In this document: positions 18,185 to 27,723 of the stretch, piece by piece
How the letters are laid out: each line of letters begins with the position of its first letter
How positions within the stretch are numbered: the first letter of the stretch is position 1
Virus record (IMG/VR): IMGVR_UViG_3300045988_102008
Coordinates: 1 to 64,000 of that record
DNA from: a virus
DNA: 64,000 bases
Reading direction: 5' to 3' (one strand)
Program-made: the position numbers and the translations under genes
The notes under the pieces: generated by a model
Database searches by the model: none
Seen by the model: the letters and a program-made list of their open reading frames with translations, nothing else
Told to the model about the DNA's origin: nothing

Positions 18185-18568
18185 ATGAGCTATTTTATAT
18201 TAATGGGAAGAAGAATCCCCAAGCAAGCCATAACAGGCTTCAGATTCCAAAATGAAACAGACAACATTCGTCCTTTCCTGTCAATCAGGATAAGAGGGAA
18301 GGAGGAAATTATACCCCTTAAAGATAAAAGGGAAATACTGTCCGTGAAAGCGCATCTGTGTTCTATCTTTTCGGGGTTTGTAAAAATAGGTGACTGGTAT
18401 CTCAAGATGTCGGAAGTTAAGGAGTATAAGCCGGTGACTGCCGAAGATATGAACCCCTATATCTTGTTTAAGACATCTAAGTTTGGAAATATAAAAGTTC
18501 GTTTCCCGAAAGATGAAGACATGGATGCCGAATTATTGGTGTTAGATCAACTTTTTGATGTAGAATGA
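18185..18568 (+). CDS. Hypothetical protein
   Basis: ATG 3 nt after the upstream stop. Confidence 0.5.
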   Translation: MSYFILMGRRIPKQAITGFRFQNETDNIRPFLSIRIRGKEEIIPLKDKREILSVKAHLCSIFSGFVKIGDWYLKMSEVKEYKPVTAEDMNPYILFKTSKFGNIKVRFPKDEDMDAELLVLDQLFDVE

Positions 18569-18592
18569 ATTATTGATCATATTTTAGAAATC

Positions 18593-18844
18593 ATGACCTG
18601 GAAAGAATTAAAAGACAAAATATCCCTTATGACAGAAGAAGAGCAACAGCAAGAAGTTGCAGTTTGGGGAGAATATCTGAATTTGATGAAAGATTGCTCC
18701 TTGGAGAAAACAAATGAGAATATGTACTACAACTCTGAATGGGATTATACTCGTGAAGAGAGTGAATTGGAACCGGAAGACAAGAATGACCCTGATGTAC
18801 ATAAGGTATATGAAGCAGGAATGCATTATATTTATTCGAATTGA
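18593..18844 (+). CDS. Hypothetical acidic small protein
   Basis: ATG start, 83 aa. Confidence 0.45.
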   Translation: MTWKELKDKISLMTEEEQQQEVAVWGEYLNLMKDCSLEKTNENMYYNSEWDYTREESELEPEDKNDPDVHKVYEAGMHYIYSN

Positions 18845-18864
18845 TATTAAAACAAACTAAAGAT

Positions 18865-19176
18865 ATGAAACCGATATTAAACATAGAAGACGTCGATAAA
18901 TTGAAGACAGATGAAAAGTTAATTGAATGTATAGCAGGGAAGGTGAATTATTACAGATTCCTGTGTTTTCATCCGAGAAATTCCAATTTTGTGATTTTAC
19001 TAAATCATTGTGAAGAACCTGTACGGTTTCATTATAAGAACTTGATAGACCGATTTTTTACGGATTATACGCAACGTGATATTATCACCTATCGTAAGGA
19101 TTATGCCTTAAAGGAAATAAAGGAATTTGAACAAGCATTATCTGAATTAGAAGGTAAGGGCAATTTAGAAGATTAA
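18865..19176 (+). CDS. Hypothetical protein (ATG at 18865; the track start at 18841 is TTG)
   Basis: First ATG in frame. Confidence 0.5.
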   Translation: MKPILNIEDVDKLKTDEKLIECIAGKVNYYRFLCFHPRNSNFVILLNHCEEPVRFHYKNLIDRFFTDYTQRDIITYRKDYALKEIKEFEQALSELEGKGNLED

Positions 19177-19200
19177 CTAACATCTAAAAAGAACTAAGTC

Positions 19201-19398
19201 ATGGATAACGAGTATATCTACTACAATAAGCCAACGACTAAAGAGCCTGTTATGGATGAAATAGAAGCCAGCCTTCCGATGTGGGAAAATAAACCACCGG
19301 CATATAAAGGTTCTTCTTACAAATCCGGAAGAAGCGAAAAGCAGATCAAGAAAGATCGTAAGAGGAAGAAAATGAATAAACGTAATCGTAAAAAATAA
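19201..19398 (+). CDS. Small protein with a strongly basic K/R tail
   Basis: ATG start. C-terminus KKDRKRKKMNKRNRKK. Confidence 0.45.
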   Translation: MDNEYIYYNKPTTKEPVMDEIEASLPMWENKPPAYKGSSYKSGRSEKQIKKDRKRKKMNKRNRKK

Positions 19399-19405
19399 GT
19401 GAGCC

Positions 19406-19657
19406 ATGACAGCCGAGAAGTTTAAATCTATTTGCGAAGAGAAAGGAATAACTTGGAATGATCTTATTCGCATTAGGGTTATCAGACCAAAGAAATTTCT
19501 CGGATTCTTTAGGCAATTAACAGGTATAACAATCGAAGGTGCGTTCAATGGCTGTTCTGCTTGTGTTGAAATAATGGCCGATGATGACAACGGTGTTTCA
19601 ATGATGCACTATATTGATTACGAAGATGTTATAGGAGTTGAATTAATTAAAAATTAA
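19406..19657 (+). CDS. Hypothetical small protein
   Basis: ATG start, 83 aa. Confidence 0.45.
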   Translation: MTAEKFKSICEEKGITWNDLIRIRVIRPKKFLGFFRQLTGITIEGAFNGCSACVEIMADDDNGVSMMHYIDYEDVIGVELIKN

Positions 19658-19757
19658 AAATAATTGAGTGAACAGTTTGCAAAAATCAGTACGAATGCGT
19701 TGTTAGGATTATCAACATCCGCCACATAAGATCTATGATGATAAAAAAATCAGAGAT

Positions 19758-19985
19758 ATGCTTAACAAAGCAAGTGCTGATATAATGAAATGGTGCGACG
19801 AAAATATGGAAAAATACAACAAAGAACTCAAAGAATCCAGGTCTACAAAAAAACATTGCGAAGGACTAAGAAAGCATATCGCAAATCTCGAAAGACGCCT
19901 TTTAAGGCATACATTGGCAAATGTTATTTTATCTATTATATCAGTTGCGACTATAATTGCCCTTTTCACATTAATTCAAAACTAA
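19758..19985 (+). CDS. Small protein with a C-terminal transmembrane helix
   Basis: ATG start. LANVILSIISVATIIALFTLI hydrophobic tail. Confidence 0.45.
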   Translation: MLNKASADIMKWCDENMEKYNKELKESRSTKKHCEGLRKHIANLERRLLRHTLANVILSIISVATIIALFTLIQN

Positions 19986-19992
19986 AAAAAAT

Positions 19993-20238
19993 ATGAATAA
20001 GAATATAATCAACAACGCTCAACTTTTAGAGATTAAAACTAAGATTAGACAACTTGGAGCAATGATGAATGCATATCAATGCAGGTTTGTGGTTTCTTCG
20101 GGTCAATTGTTTTTTGTGGATGATGAATATGCTGGAACGGTTAAACTGACTAATCTTGATAATGGAGAATCTAACATATCATTCCCTTCATGTGACGATG
20201 GATTGATAATCAATCCAGCCGATAAGCATATTAAATAA
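19993..20238 (+). CDS. Hypothetical small protein
   Basis: ATG start, 81 aa. Confidence 0.45.
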   Translation: MNKNIINNAQLLEIKTKIRQLGAMMNAYQCRFVVSSGQLFFVDDEYAGTVKLTNLDNGESNISFPSCDDGLIINPADKHIK

Positions 20239-20282
20239 TTTCAAAACTAAAAATATTTAAATTAATTAAACAATAATAAGAC

Positions 20283-20549
20283 ATGAAACAAGATATAGAA
20301 TTTGCTGTTCCTCTTTTTAAAGCTGGTGCAGAATGGCGCATTAACAGCGTGTGGCATTCTATAACAGTAATTCCAGATTGCCACCGTTTTATTGTGTTTC
20401 TCCCTAAGAAATCAACAATAGGATCAAAGAATCCAATTATGGGTATATTGGAAGAGAACAGAACTTTTATATCCAGCCGTCCAGGATGTATTTTATGCAG
20501 ATTAGATGAAATGGAATCATGGGCTTATTTGGATGATCTATTACCTTAA
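20283..20549 (+). CDS. Hypothetical small protein
   Basis: ATG start, 88 aa. Confidence 0.45.
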   Translation: MKQDIEFAVPLFKAGAEWRINSVWHSITVIPDCHRFIVFLPKKSTIGSKNPIMGILEENRTFISSRPGCILCRLDEMESWAYLDDLLP

Positions 20550-20582
20550 GTAATTATATACTCAATTTTAAAAGTTAGAATT

Positions 20583-20831
20583 ATGAAAAAATATTTAACA
20601 GACAAAGAAAAAGAGGAAAGAATGAATTACCTTACCATTCATAAATGTAAAAACGAGGATGAACGTAAAGAGTTAAAAGAATTATGTGATTGGTATTTTA
20701 AGGATACTCCTACATTAACTATGTCTTTTTCTTTAACAGAAGAAGATCTTCGGGTAACAATGGAAAGGGACGTGGAGTTGTCGGCGGTAGCCGGAGCGGT
20801 AAAGAATCAACACCATAAGAAGAAAATTTGA
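20583..20831 (+). CDS. Hypothetical small protein
   Basis: ATG start, 82 aa. Confidence 0.45.
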   Translation: MKKYLTDKEKEERMNYLTIHKCKNEDERKELKELCDWYFKDTPTLTMSFSLTEEDLRVTMERDVELSAVAGAVKNQHHKKKI

Positions 20832-20837
20832 AAGGTT

Positions 20838-21041
20838 ATGACCGACAGAGAACTTCTTGAAGAAAACAATAAGATGTTAAAGGAAATTCTAAGTTTTGTG
20901 AGAAAAGTTGATTCTGCTGAATACAGGGATCATCAAGACTTTATGGAATTTCTTAGAAATGTGGCAGCCGATATATGGGTAGAATATACGGAGCCTGAAC
21001 AAAGAAGTAAGTTGTTTAATTTAATAAATAAAGAAAAATGA
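20838..21041 (+). CDS. Hypothetical small protein
   Basis: ATG start. ATGA overlap with the next gene. Confidence 0.45.
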   Translation: MTDRELLEENNKMLKEILSFVRKVDSAEYRDHQDFMEFLRNVAADIWVEYTEPEQRSKLFNLINKEK

Positions 21042-21706
21042 AAACAGTTTTTGATTTAAGCAGAGATGAGATTGTGGCATTGACAGACGAAGAGATAAGT
21101 CTGTATATAGACAAAGAGCTTGTTGGTAAGGGTATTCCAATTGAAGCTAAAAATTGGAATATAAAGAACGAAAAAGAAGTCGTGTATCCAAGAACTGGAG
21201 TTCCAGTATTTATGTTAAAAGATGTCGGCATCGGTTTTAGAACCATAGAAGGTGCAACTGAGGTGGCTAATTTGCTTGTTAAATATAATGCATTTAAAAT
21301 AGAATCAAGGTTTCTGACAGGATCGTATGAACAGTTTTGGATCATAAAAGAAAGTGTTTGCCCGGCTATTAAAGGGGAAGCGGGGTATAGCAAAGAAGAG
21401 TTTGATAAGGTAAACAAGGAAAACAAAGATCCAGAATTGGAAAGTATAAATTCCTTCAATAACACTTTGAAAAATGCCAATGAAATTAAAGACAGGGTGT
21501 TGAAATACGTGTACAACGTAAAACAAGAGCGTTCATATAACAATGACCTGGTTGGCATCTTTGAAAGGTATAAAGATATAGCAGATGGTGATATGGAGGT
21601 AGCTATGAATTTTATTAAGGAAGCCTATCCATTCAATGAAGAAACAGAGTCGTTTATCAGAAAAAAGTTTGACATGCCTATACCGGACGAATCAAAAGAG
21701 CAGTAA
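21038..21706 (+). CDS. Hypothetical protein (222 aa)
   Basis: ATG start. Long ORF. Confidence 0.55.
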   Translation: MKTVFDLSRDEIVALTDEEISLYIDKELVGKGIPIEAKNWNIKNEKEVVYPRTGVPVFMLKDVGIGFRTIEGATEVANLLVKYNAFKIESRFLTGSYEQFWIIKESVCPAIKGEAGYSKEEFDKVNKENKDPELESINSFNNTLKNANEIKDRVLKYVYNVKQERSYNNDLVGIFERYKDIADGDMEVAMNFIKEAYPFNEETESFIRKKFDMPIPDESKEQ

Positions 21707-21780
21707 TTAAGCTAAATTAAATCATTTTGAATCTTTTTTATTATCAAAAGACATATCTTTGCCCAAAAAAAACAAACATA

Positions 21781-22035
21781 ATGGAAGAAAAAGAGATAAA
21801 AGAAGCTATGATTGAAGCCCTGACGCACTTAGAGGGGTGTAAGTATTTCGTGGCTACGATAGTAAATGAAGAGGAAAGAAGATTTGATATGAGCCAAAGA
21901 ATGTCACAGCATCAATTGGCGTTAGTTATAAAAGGCATCTTATCCAACAATGAGATGATGATGATGGACGTTTTGCAGTGGTGTTCTGAAAGATTTAAAA
22001 ATAGTATAGAGAAAGGAAAGAAATCAACTAATTAA
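21781..22035 (+). CDS. Hypothetical protein (ATG at 21781)
   Basis: ATG preferred over the track start at 21727. Confidence 0.45.
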   Translation: MEEKEIKEAMIEALTHLEGCKYFVATIVNEEERRFDMSQRMSQHQLALVIKGILSNNEMMMMDVLQWCSERFKNSIEKGKKSTN

Positions 22036-22046
22036 ATATTAATACA

Positions 22047-22517
22047 ATGAATCGCTGGTTTGAAATTACGGTAAAAGCCGAGATTGATAATATCGAGAAC
22101 GGCAAAAAAAAGAAAGTAACTGAAAAGTATTTAGTGGATGCCTTGTCTTATACAGAGGCAGAATCAAGATCTTTAGAGATTTTCAAGGATTTATTTAAAG
22201 TATTCGATATTGTTAAAATAAATCCTATTAAAGTGTCGGAAATCTTCTTCAATGGAGAAGCTGAGTACTGGTATAAGTGTAAGGTAAATTACATTACACT
22301 GAATGAAAAGAAAGGTAAAGAAAAGAAAACTCCATGCTATATGTATGTCCAGGCCGGCAATCCTAAGGATGCCGAAGCTGTGTTAACTAAAGGTATGCAG
22401 GGCACGTTAGGAGACTGGAATTGTGAGTCTATTGCAGAAACGAAAATCATTGAAGTGTTTAAATACGATCTGCAAAAAGGCGTAGAAAAATTGGGAGAAA
22501 AGAAAACTGATGATTGA
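22047..22517 (+). CDS. Hypothetical protein
   Basis: ATG start, 156 aa. Confidence 0.55.
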   Translation: MNRWFEITVKAEIDNIENGKKKKVTEKYLVDALSYTEAESRSLEIFKDLFKVFDIVKINPIKVSEIFFNGEAEYWYKCKVNYITLNEKKGKEKKTPCYMYVQAGNPKDAEAVLTKGMQGTLGDWNCESIAETKIIEVFKYDLQKGVEKLGEKKTDD

Positions 22518-22740
22518 TGTTGTTTCCCGTGTAGCACTTGCGACGGCAATTGTATTATTGGTAGTAGCAGGTGCTACTTTGCTGATAGTGATTAAGACCG
22601 AAGAAGTACCGAGATGGTTAATGAACTTACCATATACGTTATCTTTAACGGCAGTATCCTTTTCAAGCATATCACTTGTATTGAAATATAAAGAGTGGAA
22701 AAGAAATTGTACGTCTGCGAAAGATGTGGACGAAAAGTAA
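22510..22740 (+). CDS. Small membrane protein with two predicted TM helices (holin-like topology)
   Basis: ATG start. ALATAIVLLVVAGATLLIVI and LSLTAVSFSSISLVL hydrophobic segments. Confidence 0.45.
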   Translation: MIDVVSRVALATAIVLLVVAGATLLIVIKTEEVPRWLMNLPYTLSLTAVSFSSISLVLKYKEWKRNCTSAKDVDEK

Positions 22741-23210
22741 TGATAAGAAGTCATGGCTTATGCCAGGCTTGCAGGAGCAAAGAGTTGACTCCGAAGAAAA
22801 AAAACAGAATTACATCCATTAAAAACAGCAGCAAGAAGAAAAAGTTAGAAAACCCGGATTTATCCGGGTTTTTTCGTCTTATGCTGGAAGAGTTGAATAC
22901 TATTCGAATGTCTATGACTGGTAAGGCTATTCATTTTCCTACAGTATGTAACGTCTGTCACATACTTCCGAAAAGGTTATATAAGTCGGTTGCCACTTGC
23001 AGAGATAATATAGTTTTCCTTCATGAATCGGAGCATACGGTATTCGACATGTATCTTGACCGGATGGAATTTGATAAACTTGAAACAGAATTTCCTTTTG
23101 TATGGAAGTATGCGGTAAAGAAGGTACTGGATATGGAAAGCAGGGGAATGATTAAAGAAAGAGGTAGATTAATTATTGAAATAATTGATAGATATGAGAA
23201 AACTTTATAA
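22695..23210 (+). CDS. Zinc-ribbon / HNH-like protein (start uncertain: GTG 22695 or ATG 22740)
   Basis: CERCG...CQACR zinc ribbon. CNVCH...DN...HESEH resembles a partial HNH motif. Confidence 0.5.
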   Translation: MEKKLYVCERCGRKVMIRSHGLCQACRSKELTPKKKNRITSIKNSSKKKKLENPDLSGFFRLMLEELNTIRMSMTGKAIHFPTVCNVCHILPKRLYKSVATCRDNIVFLHESEHTVFDMYLDRMEFDKLETEFPFVWKYAVKKVLDMESRGMIKERGRLIIEIIDRYEKTL

Positions 23211-23370
23211 AATAAGAATAGAAGCTGACGATGAAACTATCTTTTATGCTCACATACAAAGAGAGAGTTATGGCAAGGATATAGCTATCGTAGTGAAAGA
23301 TAGAGATCAAGATGAAGTGGAAACAGTGTTACATTGTATTAAAGAAGAATTGATTAGAGGAAGATCATGA
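23194..23370 (+). CDS. Hypothetical small protein (ATG at 23194; the track start is TTG)
   Basis: First ATG in frame, 58 aa. Confidence 0.35.
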   Translation: MRKLYKIRIEADDETIFYAHIQRESYGKDIAIVVKDRDQDEVETVLHCIKEELIRGRS

Positions 23371-24683
23371 AAGAGAAAATAAAAATATTGACAGATTTAG
23401 GGTTTGTCCCTATGGTAGAAGGAGAAGGAAATACGTTGTTTAGAATGAACGATGTTGTGATGTCGGTGTCAGATCCTAACCAAACACCAGAGCAGTTGAA
23501 GAAGGAGGTTATGTCTTTAATAAAGAACAGAGACATAGCAGAAAGAGGTGGACAGGTTCCAGTAGTTAAAGAGCCGGCGCCTGAGCCAGAGCAGGACCAG
23601 AAGGAGGAACCGGAAGCTCCGGCGGAGGAAGCCGCTCCTAACCCTGGAGAAGAAGATTTGAATCCGTTTACAGAAAATCAGGAAACGTTAGAACCGTTTT
23701 ATATCTGTGATGAGTTAAAGAAGATCGAGACTCCCAAATTCGTAAGATTGACATTAGACGGTAATCGTTTTTATGTAAGAAAGATGGACGATGGGACAGC
23801 CAAGATATATGCTTCGGTAACAACCATGATCAGAGACGGATTCGTAGATGACAAGACGGCTCTTCAAGAATGGAGGCAGGAGATGAGGATGATTGGTCGC
23901 AATCCGGAAGAAGTATCAGAATATGATGCAGATAAAGGAACGATCATGCACTACCTATACGGATTGTACTTGACAGGTAGAGATATGGTCTTAAATCGAA
24001 GTTTTATAGTTAAGACAGTGCAAGAAGGCAAGCTTAAGATATCGAAAAAGAATCTTGACAAATTCTTTGGTAGCATAGATGATCTTGACGATATGATTGT
24101 TAGGGTTATGAAGTTTGCTAAATTTTGTTCGGAGTATAAGGTTAAGCCGATGATGATTGAAAGAATATTATCATTAGAAGATTATTTGGTAGCTACGCCG
24201 ATAGATGCGATGGTTAAAATGACATTCAAATACAAAGAAGAAGGTTATTTTGGAGCCGTGTATCAAAGGGCTACGGGGCAGTTCAAAAAAGGCGATCCGA
24301 AGAAGGAAGTGAGAGAAGTGGAGAAAGAAGAGATTGTTATCTTAGATTTTAAATCGGGTGACATACGAAATGAACATGCTTTTCAGTTGGAGGCTGAAAG
24401 GAGAATGGTTAAAAACTGGTACGGAATTGATGCACGTATTATGAATTTTTCTCCAAAAAGCACGAACAGTAAAGGTTATACGCTAAAAGAATGGTCTGAT
24501 AAAAATGCTGCTATGGAGAAGGCAGACTGTGTATTCCAACAAGGGATGTTGAATCACCTTAGAAAAGATAAGAGGTTTAAGGTAAGAAAAGGAGTGCTGA
24601 ATATCAATAAGCCATACAATGAAGAGGATCATATTGTTGTATATGATATTGCTGAGGAAATGTCTAAAAGATTCGTAATATGA
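23367..24683 (+). CDS. PD-(D/E)XK-like nuclease with an acidic/Pro-rich N-terminal linker
   Basis: ATGA overlap. IVILDFKSGD resembles RecB/Cas4-type motif III (hhDhK). Confidence 0.6.
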   Translation: MKEKIKILTDLGFVPMVEGEGNTLFRMNDVVMSVSDPNQTPEQLKKEVMSLIKNRDIAERGGQVPVVKEPAPEPEQDQKEEPEAPAEEAAPNPGEEDLNPFTENQETLEPFYICDELKKIETPKFVRLTLDGNRFYVRKMDDGTAKIYASVTTMIRDGFVDDKTALQEWRQEMRMIGRNPEEVSEYDADKGTIMHYLYGLYLTGRDMVLNRSFIVKTVQEGKLKISKKNLDKFFGSIDDLDDMIVRVMKFAKFCSEYKVKPMMIERILSLEDYLVATPIDAMVKMTFKYKEEGYFGAVYQRATGQFKKGDPKKEVREVEKEEIVILDFKSGDIRNEHAFQLEAERRMVKNWYGIDARIMNFSPKSTNSKGYTLKEWSDKNAAMEKADCVFQQGMLNHLRKDKRFKVRKGVLNINKPYNEEDHIVVYDIAEEMSKRFVI

Positions 24684-24913
24684 GTGATATTGTTATTCCT
24701 GAAGGAGATTATGTGGAAATCGTAAAACCGATATGTATCAATCCTTTTGGTGATTATTTTATTAACATCAAAAGGGGGTCAAGATTAAGATTATCGAAAG
24801 ATTTGAAAATAGGGGATAAGTATGCAATATGCATACTCACATCTTACGAGAAATATGGCAAGAATGTTAATGTAGTAATGCCTATACTGGTTAGAAACAC
24901 AAGAAGAGTATGA
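24680..24913 (+). CDS. Hypothetical small protein
   Basis: ATGA overlap with the upstream gene. Confidence 0.45.
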   Translation: MSDIVIPEGDYVEIVKPICINPFGDYFINIKRGSRLRLSKDLKIGDKYAICILTSYEKYGKNVNVVMPILVRNTRRV

Positions 24914-25260
24914 AAAGAAAAATTAGAAGAACCGGGGAGATAATAGACGTAATCACCTTCAGCGGCTCAACTATAAGAAGCGACTATGACAAAATACAAT
25001 TCTATGACAGCAAAGGAAGTGTGATAAATGAGAGTTTAAATTATTATCTCGATACCCTTCCTGTGGATGATGAAAACAAAGACGTAGACTGGGAACAACG
25101 TAGATTCGATCTTGTTAAGGCTTATTCTATTGAGTTTATCAAAACACTGCATAGAAAAGGAGAGATAGATTGCGGAGTATATGTACCAGATGTGGTGTCA
25201 TGGTCTATAACTATAGCAGATAGAATCATAGAAGCAATGAGAGGAGTTCAAAATGCTTGA
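24910..25260 (+). CDS. Hypothetical protein
   Basis: ATGA overlap with the upstream gene. Confidence 0.5.
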   Translation: MKRKIRRTGEIIDVITFSGSTIRSDYDKIQFYDSKGSVINESLNYYLDTLPVDDENKDVDWEQRRFDLVKAYSIEFIKTLHRKGEIDCGVYVPDVVSWSITIADRIIEAMRGVQNA

Positions 25261-26266
25261 TTTCAGAAGATACGAAAACGTACCTCGGTTTCAACTTGAC
25301 CGCAGGCCCGGAAGGAGCCGACTGAAGCTAACCTGCCCGGCTTGCGGAAAAAGCCGGTGCCTCACTCCTTATATTGATGTGGCAACAGGTCAGGTTGTTG
25401 GCAACGAGTTCGGAAGATGCGATCATGAACGGACTTGCGGTTACGATAAACGACCTACTGGTAAGGATGTAGGTGACAAAGATCTTTGGATTTCAGGAAA
25501 CAAGTGTATAAGAGCTTATCGCCCTCCTGTAAATCCTGACGTTGTAAATTACATACCTTTTAGCGAGTTTGAGAGGACTGTAGTTCCAGACGATAGAAAC
25601 ACTGTATTTAGATTTTTATCATCTCTATGGGGAAAAGAAAGGGTGTCTGATGTATTCAGGAGGTATCATGTAGGAACAATGGACTTATGGGGATGGAAAG
25701 GATGTTGTATATTCTGGCAGATAGACAAAGATTTTGTATGCAGAACCGGCAAGATCATGGACTTTTATATAAAAACCGACGGCCAGGGGAATGAGATTGA
25801 TGTAAAAAGAGTGAAGGAAAAAGACGGCGACAATGAGCGGCCTCATGTTATGTTTTATCACTCGTTGCATGCAAGAGACTTCTTGTTTAGACAATGCCTG
25901 TTCGGAGAGCATCTTCTAAGCCAGTATCCGGATAAGGTGGTTAATTTGGTGGAATCAGAAAAGACGGCTATTATATGCGCTGTGAATAAACCAGATGAGT
26001 TATTTGTAGCTACCGGTGGGTTGCAGAATCTAAGGCCGGAAGTGATAGATGTCTTAAAAGATAGAAAGACTGTAGCTTTTCCGGACAAAGGACAAGCATT
26101 TGAGACATGGAGTAAAAAGATAGATGGGATGATGATGAAGTCAAGGATAAAAGTATCGGACTATCTTCAAAATGTTGAAAATGTAGGAGACGGAGATGAT
26201 GTGGCAGATTTGATAATTAGTAACAAGGTAAAAGAAAAACAGTATGAGCCTGGATGTTTATATTAA
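25253..26266 (+). CDS. Zinc-ribbon + TOPRIM-like protein; putative DNA primase
   Basis: N-terminal CPACG...CDHERTC zinc ribbon. LVESEKTAI (TOPRIM Glu) and VAFPDKGQA (degenerate DxD). Confidence 0.6.
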   Translation: MLDFRRYENVPRFQLDRRPGRSRLKLTCPACGKSRCLTPYIDVATGQVVGNEFGRCDHERTCGYDKRPTGKDVGDKDLWISGNKCIRAYRPPVNPDVVNYIPFSEFERTVVPDDRNTVFRFLSSLWGKERVSDVFRRYHVGTMDLWGWKGCCIFWQIDKDFVCRTGKIMDFYIKTDGQGNEIDVKRVKEKDGDNERPHVMFYHSLHARDFLFRQCLFGEHLLSQYPDKVVNLVESEKTAIICAVNKPDELFVATGGLQNLRPEVIDVLKDRKTVAFPDKGQAFETWSKKIDGMMMKSRIKVSDYLQNVENVGDGDDVADLIISNKVKEKQYEPGCLY

Positions 26267-26597
26267 GAACAAGAAAAAAGAAGAGGATCGTGAATGGGTT
26301 GCAAACATCACCCACAACATGAACAAGATGGCACAAAGAATATTCGTATCAGAAAATAAAGAAACGCTGTACGATTATGTTTGGAGACCAGAAGAATTGG
26401 GTAGGGAAATAGATACCGATGAGATGAAGAATGTACTTACAAAAGGTATATGTGTTATGATCTCTAAGAGAAAAAGTCTTTTGAGATACGAGCCGGAAAA
26501 CGGATGGGGGTCTTATGATTCATTTCTTAAGTTTCTTATCAAATACAAAGAGGCGTGTGAAGATCATCCGGGTTATATAATTGAAGCAAGTAGATAA
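26244..26597 (+). CDS. Hypothetical protein
   Basis: ATG start, 117 aa. Confidence 0.5.
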   Translation: MSLDVYIKNKKKEEDREWVANITHNMNKMAQRIFVSENKETLYDYVWRPEELGREIDTDEMKNVLTKGICVMISKRKSLLRYEPENGWGSYDSFLKFLIKYKEACEDHPGYIIEASR

Positions 26598-26601
26598 CAA
26601 C

Positions 26602-26859
26602 ATGGAAAATTATAAAAATACTTTAAACGAGGTAGTGGTGATCGAATCATCACCAGAAACGTATTTTGTTTACGCTATTCGTAATGCTATTCGTATCTCT
26701 AAATGTGCGTATCCGACAGCCAAGAAAGTAATTTTCAAAAGAGAGGACGTAGAGGTAGAGATTTCGGAAATGGAAACTGAAAACAGTTTGTATGAAAAGT
26801 TTAAAGAAAAACAAAAGAATAGGGTATGGAACTTAATGAGCGCCAACAACGGGTTTTAA
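26602..26859 (+). CDS. Hypothetical protein (ATG at 26602; the track start is TTG)
   Basis: First ATG, 5 nt after the upstream stop. Confidence 0.45.
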   Translation: MENYKNTLNEVVVIESSPETYFVYAIRNAIRISKCAYPTAKKVIFKREDVEVEISEMETENSLYEKFKEKQKNRVWNLMSANNGF

Positions 26860-27392
26860 GAGGCGAAATTTGTCCTTATTGCGGAAGAGAAACCGAGTTG
26901 ATCAATGCCGATAAAATATATAGCAGAAAAGGCTTAGGGATGGTTATGATGTGCAAACCATGCAACGCTTATGTCGGTGTTCATGAATCAGGGCCGAATA
27001 AGGGAAAAGCTAAAGGCCGGCTTGCGGGGCCATCACTGAGGTCTCTTAAGATAAGAGTCCATGCTGAACTTGATAGACTGTGGTCTACGCCGGAGGAACG
27101 GGAAAGGATGTATAAAGATTTATCTGAATTTCTCGCTATACCAGAAGAGTACACACATATAGGTATGTTTGGAGAGAAGACAATGGGAAAAGTATTTCAG
27201 TTCTGTCATGTAAACAAAGAACGATCAGGTTCGAGAATAGAATGGCATAAGCCTGGAGATAAGTGCCCTAATAAGAACAATCAAATAGTGTCAGGAAGTA
27301 GCGCATGTAGAGGATGTCCTGAGTATCTTCATGATGAGAAAGACGGGTATGTCTGGTGTGATCCTGATATGAGCTACGGCAGGTTGAAATAG
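26826..27392 (+). CDS. Multi-Cys zinc-finger protein
   Basis: CPYCG...CKPCN N-terminal and ...CRGC C-terminal clusters. ATG start. Confidence 0.55.
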   Translation: MELNERQQRVLRGEICPYCGRETELINADKIYSRKGLGMVMMCKPCNAYVGVHESGPNKGKAKGRLAGPSLRSLKIRVHAELDRLWSTPEERERMYKDLSEFLAIPEEYTHIGMFGEKTMGKVFQFCHVNKERSGSRIEWHKPGDKCPNKNNQIVSGSSACRGCPEYLHDEKDGYVWCDPDMSYGRLK

Positions 27393-27444
27393 GGCGCGAA
27401 TTGCCTATCTTTGTGCTATTATTAATCAAAAAAAATATAAGCAC

Positions 27445-27723
27445 ATGGGCAGATCAACAGAGTACTACAGGACTCATCCCGAAGCCAGGAAGAAAAAGGC
27501 TAAAAAGGACAAGGAGATAAATGCCAGACCGGAACAGAAAGCCAAACGCCGGGAGCTTGGTCGTAAAAACTACGAAACGGACAAGAAGAAAGGCAAAAGC
27601 TGGAGGAAAGGCAAGGATTGTTCTCATACCAAGAATGGTCTTAGGTATAAATCAGTAAAAGCTAATAGGGGATCCAAATCGGATACAAAAGGTGACAAAA
27701 ATGCAAGAGGGTCTGAAAAATAA
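27445..27723 (+). CDS. Highly basic K/R-rich small protein (nucleic-acid-binding candidate)
   Basis: ATG start. About 35% Lys+Arg. Confidence 0.5.
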   Translation: MGRSTEYYRTHPEARKKKAKKDKEINARPEQKAKRRELGRKNYETDKKKGKSWRKGKDCSHTKNGLRYKSVKANRGSKSDTKGDKNARGSEK

